NCBI RefSeq assembly: GCF_000275825.1 | Contig: NZ_JH719942.1 | Coordinates: forward strand, 1,124,988-1,175,807 | Source of the DNA: Saprospira grandis DSM 2844 | Lineage (GTDB): Bacteria; Bacteroidota; Bacteroidia; Chitinophagales; Saprospiraceae | Length of the DNA: 50,820 nt | Direction of reading: 5' to 3' | Position numbers and translations under genes: made by a program | The notes under the pieces: generated by a model | Database searches by the model: none | Seen by the model: the letters and a program-made list of their open reading frames with translations, nothing else | Told to the model about the DNA's origin: nothing | Shown here: positions 1 through 9,600 of the stretch, one piece after another | Numbering within the stretch: position 1 is the first letter of the stretch | How the letters are laid out: each line of letters starts with the position of its first letter

Positions 1-124
1 GGCTGAGGGATGGATAGCAGTGGCCCAAAGGGCCAGACCCAGCCGCCTTCGGCGGCGCAGGGCCGAGCAGACCTGCGAGCTGCGACACAGCCCGACCCGC
101 CCGAAGGGCGGGGCAGCCCCAAAA
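1..124 (-). repeat. GC-rich modular intergenic repeat (family A), copy 1, truncated at the window edge, reverse orientation, CATCCCTCAGCC subtype
   Basis: Shares cores gctgagggatgg...ggccgagcagacctgcgagc...cccgacccgcccgaagggcggggcagccccaaaa with the other copies. Confidence 0.8.
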
Positions 125-160
125 TAAAATGCTAAATAAGTCGCTAATTTTCAGTTTATT

Positions 161-1972
161 ATGAACAAAGAGGATTATAAAAAGCTTTTGCCCAGCCTGC
201 CGACTGATCCGGGGGTTTATCGATTTATTGGGGCCGATGAGGAGATTTTGTACATTGGAAAAGCCAAAAATCTCAAGAAGCGGATTGCCTCCTATTTTAC
301 GAGCCGCAAGGATATGCGCCTTAAGACGAAGCGGATGGTTATGTCCGCCAAAAAGCTAAATTATACGCTGGTAGAGACGGAGCAGGATGCCCTTTTGCTA
401 GAGGCTACGCTGATTAAAAAGCATCAGCCGCGTTATAATGTGGCCCTAAAACACAGTCGGCCCTACCCTTATATTTGCATTAAAAAAGAGCGTTTTCCGA
501 GGATTATGATTAGCCGAAAAGTGGTGCAGGATGGCTCTAAATATTATGGTCCTTATGTATCTAAAAAGCGGATGTATACGCTCTTAGAGCTAATTAAAGA
601 GTTGTTTCAGCTGCGTAGTTGTGCCCTCAATTTATCGGAGGAAAGCATTGCGGCGGGCAAGCATAAAGTTTGTCTTGAGTACCATATTAAAAATTGCAAG
701 GCGCCCTGTGTGGGTTTTGAGTTGGAGGCCAATTATATGGATAAAATTGAGCAGGTTCAAAATATGCTAAAAGGCCAATTGGGAGCGGTGCGCAAATACC
801 TCAAATCGGAAATGGGCCGCTATGCCGAGGAGCTCAATTTTGAGCAGGCGCAGCGCACGAAGGTCCAGTTGGCTTTGCTTGAAAACTATCAGGGAAAATC
901 GACGGTGGTGAATGCCAATATCCGTGATTTGGATGTTTTTACTTTGGCCCAAGATGAAAAAGGAGAGATGGCCTATATTAACTACCTTAAAGTGGTAGAA
1001 GGGGCGATTATTAACACCTTTATGCTAGAGCTCAAGCAGAATTTGGATACTGAAGGGGAGGATTTGTTGCTTTTTGGGATTCGAGAATTGCGGGAGAAAT
1101 TCCAGAGTATTGCGCCTGAAATTGTTGTCCCCTTCGAGCTTCAGCTGCCTTGGTCCGAGATCCAACTGACGGTCCCAAAAATTGGCGATAAGAAAAAGCT
1201 GCTAGAGCTTTCTGAGAAAAATGCCAAGTATTTCATCCTTCAAAAGCAAAAACAAGCCTTGGCCAAGGCCAACAAAATGGGCAAGGCCGAGCAGCTGTTG
1301 GAGATCATGAAAAAAGACCTACAAATTGATGATTTGCCTATTCATATTGAGTGTTTTGACAACTCCAATTTGCAGGGAAACCAGCCTGTTTCGGCCATGG
1401 TGGTTTTTAAAAATGGGCGGCCTGCCAAAAAAGAATATCGGCATTATCATGTCAAAACGGTAGTTGGTCCAGATGATTTTGCCTCTATGGAAGAGGTCGT
1501 TTTTCGCCGATACAAGCGCCTTTTGGAAGAGAAAAAGCCCCTCCCCCAGCTAATTGTCATTGATGGGGGCAAGGGACAACTTTCTGCGGCGGTCAAAAGC
1601 CTCAAAGCCCTAGGTATTTTTGAGCGTTTGGCCATTATTGGCATTGCAAAAAGGCTAGAGGAAATCTTTTTTCCCAATGATCCCGTTCCGCTTTTGCTCT
1701 CTAAAAAATCGCCGACGCTCAGGGTTATTCAGCAAGCTCGAGACGAGGCCCACCGCTTTGCTATTAGCTTCCACAGAGATGTTCGTTCTAAGCAATTTTT
1801 GCAAAATGAGCTGCGGCAAATTCCGGGGGTTGGCGAAAAAACCCAGGAGAAATTATTGTTGGCCTTGGGCTCCGTCAAAGAGGTCAAGAAGGCCAATTTA
1901 AGCCAATTGGAGGCCATTGTTGGACCAAATTTGGCTCAAAAAATCCGTACTTACTTCGATGCCAAAAGCTGA
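161..1972 (+). CDS. uvrC: Excinuclease ABC subunit C (UvrC)
   Basis: 603 aa. The N-terminal GIY-YIG motif (VYRFIGADEEILYIGKAKNLKKRIASYF) and the overall length and order are typical of UvrC, including the C-terminal HhH region. Confidence 0.9.
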   Translation: MNKEDYKKLLPSLPTDPGVYRFIGADEEILYIGKAKNLKKRIASYFTSRKDMRLKTKRMVMSAKKLNYTLVETEQDALLLEATLIKKHQPRYNVALKHSRPYPYICIKKERFPRIMISRKVVQDGSKYYGPYVSKKRMYTLLELIKELFQLRSCALNLSEESIAAGKHKVCLEYHIKNCKAPCVGFELEANYMDKIEQVQNMLKGQLGAVRKYLKSEMGRYAEELNFEQAQRTKVQLALLENYQGKSTVVNANIRDLDVFTLAQDEKGEMAYINYLKVVEGAIINTFMLELKQNLDTEGEDLLLFGIRELREKFQSIAPEIVVPFELQLPWSEIQLTVPKIGDKKKLLELSEKNAKYFILQKQKQALAKANKMGKAEQLLEIMKKDLQIDDLPIHIECFDNSNLQGNQPVSAMVVFKNGRPAKKEYRHYHVKTVVGPDDFASMEEVVFRRYKRLLEEKKPLPQLIVIDGGKGQLSAAVKSLKALGIFERLAIIGIAKRLEEIFFPNDPVPLLLSKKSPTLRVIQQARDEAHRFAISFHRDVRSKQFLQNELRQIPGVGEKTQEKLLLALGSVKEVKKANLSQLEAIVGPNLAQKIRTYFDAKS

Positions 1973-2451
1973 GTACTGGCCGTCTGCATCAAAATGCCAA
2001 AACTGACAGCTACGTTCAGACAAGAGGTTTGTCCATGCCCTTGAATATAAATTTTCTGATCGATCAAGGGCGCAATTTTTTCGGGCAAGCCCGTTTTTTC
2101 ATTGCCCACAATTAGCAAATCTTGGGCTTCAAACTGGACCTCATGCAGCATTTTGGCGCTAGGGTCCACCCAAGTGGCCATTTTTCGGCCTGGATAATTG
2201 GCCAGAAAATCGGCTACATCTAGAACGGGAATCACTTCAATGTGCTCAATGGCGCCAGCCGTCCAAACCCTGGCCATTTTCTCCATTTCGGCTCTGGCAA
2301 ATTTGCTTTTGCCTGGCGGTAGCAACAAGTCGTTTTGGTCGTAGATATAGATTTTCTTCAAGCCATAAAACTCTGCGGTCCGAATCATCGAGGATAAGTT
2401 CGGGCGATATTGAGGCGCATGTAATAAGGCGGCAAGTTGAGGTACTGACAT
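1951..2451 (-). CDS. TrmH/SpoU-family RNA 2'-O-methyltransferase
   Basis: SpoU-type motifs are present (LIVGNEKTGL; SCLNVAVSFGIL). The track ORF extends to 2562 but that N-terminal extension runs through a GC-rich repeat element. I place the start at the internal ATG (MSVPQ...) at 2451. Confidence 0.7.
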   Translation of the reverse strand: MSVPQLAALLHAPQYRPNLSSMIRTAEFYGLKKIYIYDQNDLLLPPGKSKFARAEMEKMARVWTAGAIEHIEVIPVLDVADFLANYPGRKMATWVDPSAKMLHEVQFEAQDLLIVGNEKTGLPEKIAPLIDQKIYIQGHGQTSCLNVAVSFGILMQTASTQLLASK

Positions 2452-2463
2452 ATTTATTTTTGT

Positions 2464-2583
2464 TTTTTGGGGCCTCCCGCCTTTGGCGGGCGCTACGTTT
2501 CGGGGCTCGCTGTTCGCTCGGCCCTGCGCGGGCTGCGCCCGCTTGGTCTGGCCTTCGGCCACCCCTGCACATCGCTAGGCCAA
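2464..2583 (+). repeat. Family A repeat, copy 2 (forward, CATCGCTAGGCC subtype)
   Basis: ttttggggcc...cgctacgtttcggggctcgctgttcgctcggccc...ggtctggccttcggccacc...catcgctaggcc. Confidence 0.8.
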
Positions 2584-2584
2584 A

Positions 2585-2623
2585 AAAGAGAGCCCCCAGC
2601 TAGCTGCGCTGGCTGGGGGCTCT
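2585..2623 (-). terminator. Rho-independent terminator downstream of the PfkB kinase gene
   Basis: Minus-strand hairpin gagcccccagccagcgcagctagctgggggctc followed by tcttttttt. It lies immediately 3' of the stop at 2642. Confidence 0.6.
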
Positions 2624-2641
2624 TGTGTAATAGAGCAAAGT

Positions 2642-3556
2642 CTAGAGCTTCACTTCCATCAAGTTTTGGAAAGCTTTCTTACGAGCGTCCAAAGCAGCCT
2701 CATCAATTTCTTTGAGGCGGTTAGGACCAAAAGCTTCTACACAGAAAGAAGCGACTACAGAACCGTAGACCAAAGCACGCTTCATGCTCTCCAAAGAGTG
2801 GTCGTCTTCTTGGGCCAAGTAGCCCATAAAGCCACCGGCAAAGCTATCACCAGCTCCAGTAGGATCAAATACTTCTTCCAAAGGCAAAGCAGGAACAAAG
2901 AAAGTAGATTCGCCATGGAACAACAAAGCGCCATGCTCCCCCTTCTTAATTACCAAATATTTTGGGCCCATCTCACGGATTACACGAGCCGCCTTTACTA
3001 GAGAGTACTCCCCAGACAACTGACGAGCTTCCTCATCATTGATAATTAGAATATCTACCTGCTTCAATACCACCTTGAGCTCCTGCATGGCAATATCCAT
3101 CCAGAAGTTCATGGTATCCATAGCAACCAATTTAGGGCGCTTTTCTAGTTGCTCCAACACCTGCATTTGTACAGCAGGAGCAAAGTTCCCCAACAAAAGG
3201 TATTCAGGGTTTTTATAGCCTTCGGGCAATTTGGGGCTATAGTTCTCCAATACATTGAGCTCTGTGGCCAAAGTATCCCGAGCATTCATATTCATGTGAT
3301 AGCGACCGGCCCAAAAGAAAGACTTTTCGCCTTCGCGCTTCTCCAATCCATCCAAATTAACGCCTCTGGCTTCCAAAGCAGCCAACTCCTCTGCAGGAAA
3401 ATCCTCGCCAATTACAGATAGCAATTGCAAGTCTTTGTGAAAATGAGAAGCCGCCCAAGCAATATAAGTACCAGCACCACCAATGATGCGGTCTGCCTTG
3501 CCAAAAGGAGTTTCAATGGTATCAAAGGCAACAGTGCCCAATGTCAATAAGCTCAT
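2642..3556 (-). CDS. PfkB-family carbohydrate/nucleoside kinase (ribokinase-like)
   Basis: Ribokinase-fold signatures are present (GGAGTYIAWAAS; the C-terminal DPTGAGDSFAGGF motif). The start is chosen as MSLLTLG; the alternative upstream ATG at 3583 adds 9 aa. Confidence 0.8.
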   Translation of the reverse strand: MSLLTLGTVAFDTIETPFGKADRIIGGAGTYIAWAASHFHKDLQLLSVIGEDFPAEELAALEARGVNLDGLEKREGEKSFFWAGRYHMNMNARDTLATELNVLENYSPKLPEGYKNPEYLLLGNFAPAVQMQVLEQLEKRPKLVAMDTMNFWMDIAMQELKVVLKQVDILIINDEEARQLSGEYSLVKAARVIREMGPKYLVIKKGEHGALLFHGESTFFVPALPLEEVFDPTGAGDSFAGGFMGYLAQEDDHSLESMKRALVYGSVVASFCVEAFGPNRLKEIDEAALDARKKAFQNLMEVKL

Positions 3557-3753
3557 AGTAAAATTGATTTTTTTTCTGGGCACAAAAAAACAGAAAAAGG
3601 CCGAAAAAACGGCAGCCTAGCCCCCTTTTTTGTCTAGCCCAAAAGAAACTCCATTTTTTTTATGTCTTTTTTTGCAAAAAGTTTGGCAAAACCAAAAAGG
3701 GCTCCTATATTTGCATACGCAAAGAGGGAACAGCCCTCTAAAAGCAAACACAC

Positions 3754-3827
3754 GCTTCCATAGCTCAGTTGGTTAGAGCATCTGACTGTTAATCAGAGGG
3801 TCCCTGGTTCGAGCCCAGGTGGGAGCG
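3754..3827 (+). tRNA. tRNA-Asn (GTT)
   Basis: Cloverleaf read by eye: acceptor gcttcca/tgggagc, D-arm gctc-agttggtta-gagc, anticodon loop ctGTTaa, T-arm cctgg-ttcgagc-ccagg. CCA is not encoded. Confidence 0.85.
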
Positions 3828-3852
3828 CTACTCATACACAACAATATATTTT

Positions 3853-3926
3853 GCTTCCATAGCTCAGTTGGTTAGAGCATCTGACTGTTAATCAGAGGGT
3901 CCCTGGTTCGAGCCCAGGTGGGAGCG
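3853..3926 (+). tRNA. tRNA-Asn (GTT), identical second copy
   Basis: Exact duplicate of the 3754-3827 sequence, 25 nt downstream. Confidence 0.85.
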
Positions 3927-3930
3927 CAAA

Positions 3931-3963
3931 AGCCCGACTTCATTTGAAGTTGGGCTTTTTTTA
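3931..3963 (+). terminator. Rho-independent terminator after the tRNA-Asn pair
   Basis: Hairpin agcccgacttca/tgaagttgggct followed by ttttttt. It can serve as a bidirectional terminator with the convergent minus-strand gene that ends at 3961. Confidence 0.7.
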
Positions 3964-4809
3964 TTCCTGCAAGCGCTTTAAGGCCTTAGGCCGCAAGCGC
4001 CACAGCTTGGCCCCCGATAAAATCGAGCGCTCTGTGGTTAAATACAACTGTGCATCTGGCCCAAAACAAAGGGCCTCTTGCTGCCGCAAAGGTAAACCTA
4101 TGCGCTGCTCTAATGGTCCAAAACGGCCTCCCTCAAAAGAAAAGCGGTACAAATGCCGCATACTTAATAAATAAAGGCTTTGCTCTTCTTCTCGATAAGC
4201 CGCAGCCGTAACCGATTGCCATAAACCGCCTCTTTTTAGCTCTACGCTATCGCAGAGGCGGGCCGCCTGCGGCCCCGCCTCTTTGCCCAAGGCATAGAGA
4301 TAATGCCAGCCATCATGCGGACGATGCCTATTTTTAGTCACTATATACAAGCTATCGCCTTGGGCAAAAAGGGCCTCGGCATCAAAGTGGCGCTGCCAAG
4401 AGGCGGCGGGAAAAGCAATTTGCTCTGGATAATAAAAGCTAATTTTTTGAGGCTGAATTTCTTTTTGGTCCAAAGCCGTTTTGGGAAAAAAATAGATGCA
4501 AAGATCTTGGCGCTGATTTAAATTATTGCCCATATCGGCCAAATAGATATATGCGCTATCAGTACAAAGTGCCTCCCAGTCTATATTGGGCGCTAAAATG
4601 TTGATGCTGCGCTGCAAACGCCCCCTTTGGTCCAACTCATAGAGCAAAGGAGAATTTCCACCATCATTATGGGTATAAAAACTGCCGCTGCGGTCTGCCC
4701 AAAGTCCAGAACTTTCCGAAATAGGCAGGCGGCCCAAAGAGCTCAAGCGACAAGCCGATAAACTTAGGCAAAGGAGCAAAATACCAATACAGCTTTTCAT
4801 GGACAGCAA
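3961..4809 (-). CDS. Hypothetical lipoprotein/secreted protein (possible beta-propeller, SdiA-regulated/YjiK-like)
   Basis: 282 aa. The N-terminal signal peptide carries a lipobox-like Cys (LLLCLSLSAC). There is no catalytic motif. The family assignment is a weak impression based only on an ESSGL motif. Confidence 0.55.
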   Translation of the reverse strand: MLSMKSCIGILLLCLSLSACRLSSLGRLPISESSGLWADRSGSFYTHNDGGNSPLLYELDQRGRLQRSINILAPNIDWEALCTDSAYIYLADMGNNLNQRQDLCIYFFPKTALDQKEIQPQKISFYYPEQIAFPAASWQRHFDAEALFAQGDSLYIVTKNRHRPHDGWHYLYALGKEAGPQAARLCDSVELKRGGLWQSVTAAAYREEEQSLYLLSMRHLYRFSFEGGRFGPLEQRIGLPLRQQEALCFGPDAQLYLTTERSILSGAKLWRLRPKALKRLQE

Positions 4810-4817
4810 TTTTTGCG

Positions 4818-5060
4818 GTGGACAGGCGGCGAAGCCGCCGCAGGCCTAGCGATGCGGAGGGGTGGCCGAAGGCCAGACCGAGCCGCTCTAAGCGGCGAAG
4901 GGCCGAGCAGACCTGCGAGCCCCATAGCGTAGCGCCTGCCGAAGGCAGGAGGCCCCAAAACAGCAGCGAGCCCCATAGCGACAACAAGCCCTTTAGGGCG
5001 CAGTTCGACGACCGCAGGGAGTAACCGCCGACGAGCGAAGCGAGGCAGGAGGCCCCAAAT
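4818..5060 (-). repeat. Family A repeat, copy 3 (reverse; composite/dimeric with optional module X)
   Basis: There are two ggaggccccaaa ends, at 4950-4964 and 5047-5060. It contains gacaacaagccctttagggcgcagttcgacgaccgcagggagtaacc (module X). Confidence 0.8.
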
Positions 5061-5097
5061 AAAAAGGCATCTAGCCGAAGCCAAATGCCTTTATCTC

Positions 5098-6240
5098 TTA
5101 ATCGACAATCATGGTATTTTTATCCAATTCTTGTTGACGAATATTTTCGGGAAGTTCTAAATACTCATATTCTTGATTGCGCAATTGCGGGCGGAAACCG
5201 GCCTCACGGATGGCGTCTTGAATCCCTTGGGCTGTAAATCGGAAGGCCGCACCGGCGGCAGAAACCACATTTTCCTCAATCATGATGCTTCCAAAATCGT
5301 TGGCGCCGGCATGTAGGCAAGCCTGGGCCACCTCCTTCCCAACGGTCAGCCAAGAAGCCTGAATATTGGTCACATTGGGCAACATAATGCGGCTGAGGGC
5401 AATCATGCGGATATATTCATCGCCGCTCACATCTCGGCGTTTGATTTTCAGGCGAGACAAAATCGTGTCTTCATCCATAAACGGCCAGGGAATAAAGGCC
5501 AAAAAGCCCTTAGCCTCCTTGGGTTTTTCGTTTTGCACCTCTCGGAGCCAGACCAAATGCTCCATGCGTTCATAATTGGTTTCGATATGGCCAAACATCA
5601 TGGTTCCGCTGGTGGTCAGATGCAATTGATGGGCGGCCCGCATCACGTCTAGCCACTCTTGGCCCCCGCATTTTCCGCGAGAAATACGGCGACGCACCCG
5701 ATCGTTGAGAATTTCGGCACCTGCCCCAGGCAAAGAATCTAGGCCTGCTTCTTTGAGGCGGCTGAGCACCTCGGTATGAGAAAGCTGATCAATTTTGGCG
5801 ATATGCGCAATTTCGGGTGGCCCCAAAGCGTGTAATTTGAGGTTAGGGTAAAGCGATTTGAGCTCCTTAAACAGATCACAATAGTAATCGATGCCCAAAT
5901 CGGGATGGTGTCCGCCTTGCAAAAGCAACTGCTGGCCGCCATACTCCATCAGCTCGTCAATTTTGCGCTTGTAGGTATCAATAGAGGTAATATAAGACTC
6001 CTCATGGCCGGGGCGGCGGAAGAAATTACAGAACTTACAGTTGGCAATACAGACATTGGTGGTATTCGAGTTGCGGTCGATAATCCAAGTCACCACATCA
6101 TTAGGGACATGATGTTGGCGCAGGCGGTTGCCCACATACATCAACTCGGCGGTGCTTGCCTCTTCGAGCAAAAAAACACCCTCCTCAATACTGAGCTCTT
6201 CTAGTTGCAGGGCTCTATGCAATAAATCGCTTACATTCAT
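5098..6240 (-). CDS. Radical SAM enzyme, MqnC/MqnE/CofH family (futalosine-pathway-type)
   Basis: The CxxxCxxC motif (CIANCKFC) and overall similarity are consistent with cyclic dehypoxanthine-futalosine / aminofutalosine synthases. The start is set at MNVSDLL (6240) rather than the upstream ATG at 6306. Confidence 0.7.
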   Translation of the reverse strand: MNVSDLLHRALQLEELSIEEGVFLLEEASTAELMYVGNRLRQHHVPNDVVTWIIDRNSNTTNVCIANCKFCNFFRRPGHEESYITSIDTYKRKIDELMEYGGQQLLLQGGHHPDLGIDYYCDLFKELKSLYPNLKLHALGPPEIAHIAKIDQLSHTEVLSRLKEAGLDSLPGAGAEILNDRVRRRISRGKCGGQEWLDVMRAAHQLHLTTSGTMMFGHIETNYERMEHLVWLREVQNEKPKEAKGFLAFIPWPFMDEDTILSRLKIKRRDVSGDEYIRMIALSRIMLPNVTNIQASWLTVGKEVAQACLHAGANDFGSIMIEENVVSAAGAAFRFTAQGIQDAIREAGFRPQLRNQEYEYLELPENIRQQELDKNTMIVD

Positions 6241-6336
6241 AGCTTTTTGTTTCCAGATTCTCTCATTTAACAGCCCTTTGGGGCTATGGTTGCCGCAAAG
6301 GTACAACTTTTTTCATCTGTTATTGAAAGTAGGAAT

Positions 6337-6485
6337 CTTTTGGGGCTTCCCCTGCGGCCTTCGGCCTTGGGTCGGGCTCTGTCGCAGCTCGCAAGTTTGC
6401 TCGGCCCTGCAGCGCTTTCAGCGCTTTGGTCTGGCCCTTCGGGCCCCTGCTATCCATCCCTAAGCCGAGTCGCTTCGCTCCTTTT
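6337..6485 (+). repeat. Family A repeat, copy 4 (forward, CATCCCTAAGCC subtype)
   Basis: ttttggggcttcccc...gggtcgggctctgtcgcagctcgcaagtttgctcggccc...ggtctggccc. Confidence 0.8.
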
Positions 6486-6510
6486 TATCGCTTGGACCAA
6501 AGCGGTAGGG

Positions 6511-6552
6511 GCAAAAAAAAGTGAGCAGCTACTTTCCCCAAAGTAGCTGCTC
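6511..6552 (-). terminator. Rho-independent terminator downstream of the 1056-aa gene
   Basis: Minus strand: gagcagctactttggggaaagtagctgctc followed by acttttttttg. Confidence 0.6.
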
Positions 6553-6692
6553 TGTAATCCCCATGATTTACCCCAAACTTAATTGAAGTTAGAGCAAGAA
6601 TTTCCTTTTGCTCTATTGCAAATTTAAGGGGGCAAACAATTAGTTTTCTAGGCCATTTAGGCAAAAGAAAAAATTAGGTATTTTACTTAGGC

Positions 6693-9600
6693 TTAATTTT
6701 GCTCTAATTTTTGGAGTTCGGCCACTACTTCCATGGCCATATTGTCTAGTTCGGGTTGCTGTGCCTCTACGGCATTGCGTTCTTCTAGCCAAGCAAAGTA
6801 TTTCTCCTCAAAAGCCTTCATCTCGTTAATATCCAAATAATAGAAATTGATATTGATATGCGCTGGGGCATTGATAGTAAAGACGGCATGCATAAGATCT
6901 TGGAAATCTTCATTTTGAAAACGAGAGGGCCAAGCGGGTAAAATGATGCTCATATCAAGGGAGTAGAAATCATGGCGAACGTCTAGGTTGGGGCGTTCCT
7001 CCAAAAAGAACTGAATATTGCTTTGCAAGGGAATAGCTCCTGATTTAAAGCTATAGACATAGGCCACAATATCGTCGATTTGTTCTTTGGCTCCTTCTTG
7101 GGTATAAAAGATTTCTGGGCAGCGGGCAATTTTGCGGTTATACTCCTGCAAAACGACCTGATAGCTTTCGCCATCCTCTAGGGTTTCAATAATGAAATTA
7201 TCTTTTTTACTGGCCAACAAATCTAGTTGGTTACTGAGGTTGCGTTGCTCATCAAAAGCGCCAAATTCATAGCTTTCGAGCAAGGGACGATCTTGGTCAT
7301 TCACGAGGCGGAAAGCGTGGCGGTCTTGGGCCTGTGGGCGAAGCAAAATGTGCTCTACCACATGCATTCCCTCTGTTTGGTGGTTAATGCGGGCAAAAAA
7401 CTTAATCAGCTTTTCGAGCTCCACCTGAGCGGCCAAAATACTGCTGTACTCTCTAATTTTCACGCAGCCCAAATCGAGATTCCCCTTATAGTAAACACTA
7501 TAGATTTCCTCCCCATCACGCTCTTCCAAAAGGGCCAGATAGTTATAGCTAAAAATACCGTTGGCCAAAAGGTCTTGTATGAGCTCGTCCATATCCTGCG
7601 CTCTAAAGATAAACTTAGAGCGGTAGTCTAGGGTTTCGGGCAGACGCTCAGGAGCGGGACCAGGATCCTCTCCCTTCTCAATTTTCTCCAAACGCTCCAA
7701 TTCTACATCTAGGTCTATGTAGCCCTCGGGCAACATAGGCGACTCTAGCTGAATCAGGTCATGGAAATTATCTACCTCTTCCAAATGAGTTTCTTCATCA
7801 AAAATACGGACCAAAGATTCATTGCCTCCTTGGTTGAGGTTAAGCAACAAACACACCCGACGTTCTAGGCCAGCAACCTCCGTTTCTAAGAGCTCCAACA
7901 TCTTTTTGGTAAACTTGAGGTTGGTTTCTGCTATCGCTTCGGTCAAGGTTTCGGGCAAATCTAGATCTTTGAGCATCTTTTTGGTCTGCTCCTTGGCCAC
8001 ATCCGCCGGATCACGGTAATTGAGGGCCATAGAAAAGGCATCTCGCTGATGCTGACGAAGCGGGTAGTTCTCCCGCAGCTGCTTATACTGCTGGCGAATC
8101 AAATCTCTTTCTGCCTCTTCTTTATATTGCTTAATGAGCGGCTCAAAGAGCTCGGCCCATTCTAGCTCTTGCTCATAAATGACATTATAGAGAGCCATGT
8201 AGTTAAATCCACGGCTACGGTTTCGACTAATGTCGACATAGTTGCGCAAAAACTCCAATTTGGCATTGACCAATTCGTGCTCTGGGCTTTTGGCCTCTCC
8301 TTCCGACATATCATAGCCCACATACTGGCTTACCTTCAACAAAAAGTCAGTGGTAAAACGCTCGCCAAAACGAGCCAGTAAATGGTCCAATAAACGGTTG
8401 CGACGCTCCACAAAAGGATCAAATTCCGCTACCGTTTCTTCTAGCTTTTTCAAACGAGCCTCATTGTCCTTGCCCTTCAAGATGTATTGCATCTCTGGCA
8501 TGTTCTCTGGCAACTGAGAAAAATAACTGCGGTCCAAATCACTATCCAATGAAAAGAATTTCTTCACATTGCCCAATTGGGCCAAGTAGTTGGCCATCAT
8601 CTGCTCAAAAAAGGACAAATACCCTCTGAGCTGCTTTATCATGCCCAAACGCTCCCGAGTCGGACGCACACTATTGGGCAATCCAAAAGGACTCAACCCA
8701 TAGGTCACCGGAAAGGTATTCTGTACCGAATAATAACGCTTGATGTCATCCTCCTTCAATACCGAGGGATAATCCTTCTCATTATAGAGCATCTTCATCT
8801 GATAGCCCTTCTTATAACGAGCATAAAGCGAATACAACAACTGACTAGCCGTATTGAGGTCCAAATCATAGTTCAAACTCCCCCGCTGAAAACGAATCGG
8901 ATAAGCATCGGTTTTCCAACGCGCATCAATAGTGTCCATATCCAAAACAGGATAGGTCTTTTCCGCAATCCGAATCACATCGCCCTCTACAGGAAACCCA
9001 TCTTTCTCTACCCGAAAATAATTGATGCGGCGAACCCCCTCAATATCCGAGATGATTTCAATAATCTTAGAAATATAAACCTCCCGCTTCATCGCCTTGA
9101 GGTCCTCTTTCTTGATGATGCCATGCACCGGCACCGGCCCATCAAAAATCTCTTCAATGGCATAGCCCTCTTCCAAAAGTTCATCTATAGTATGGTACTG
9201 AATAGATGGCGTGAGATGCTCCTCCAACTTAAAGAGAATTTCAGCCAATACTTCCTCCGCCACCACATCCGAACTAATGTCCAAATCAGTATAAATAATA
9301 ATCTTGTCTACATCCAAGACCTCAATAGCCTCCAAATCCTCACAAAGATTTCGATGCGCAGCAAATAAAGCATACACCTCTCGCTTAATCGCCTGCAAAC
9401 GCTGCGGCTGACGAGCACTATCACTCACCTGCAACAAAATCCGATACAAGCCCTTAATGCCTTGCAAATGGTCCCGCACCGGCTCCACCCAAGCATTCTT
9501 CACCCCATTCACCCGATCAATAATCAAGCGGCGATAATCCTCAATGGTTACCGGATTCGTCGGCAAAATCTCCGAAGCATCATAAAAGGTGTTGTTCAAA

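Noticed and set aside
1951-2562. Long forms of ORFs whose 5' ends run through repeats (SpoU 1951-2562; protease 12018-14411; radical SAM 5098-6306; tsaB 45005-45745)
   Set aside because: The N-terminal extensions consist of repeat-element sequence or lack similarity to the protein family. Internal ATGs at 2451, 12225, 6240 and 45715 give family-typical N-termini (a signal peptide for the protease).
2467-2715. Track ORFs lying wholly or mostly inside family A repeats (2467-2715, 4667-4987, 4797-5084, 4818-5024, 6128-6463, 6286-6546, 10167-10688, 10175-10390, 15591-15815, 16427-16621, 21825-22202, 23094-23360, 35214-35429, 36960-37154, 49883-50248, 49969-50190, 50005-50298)
   Set aside because: Their translations share peptide motifs (LGPPAFGRRY, RAEQTCE, SDNKPFRAQFDD) only because they read the same repeat in different orientations and frames. 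They are GC-skewed Ala/Arg/Pro/Gly-rich, lack RBS context and overlap real genes or each other. They are repeat artefacts.
8577-9368. 263-aa ORF antisense to the 1056-aa gene, plus the many 60-170-aa antisense or overlapping ORFs in the track (for example 7227-7631, 15024-15437, 25873-26514, 34278-34796, 36011-36469, 48152-48517)
   Set aside because: They lie fully inside longer ORFs that have clear homology-type motifs on the opposite strand or another frame. Their composition is atypical (Ile/Leu/His-rich from antisense reading) and they have no start context. They are spurious.
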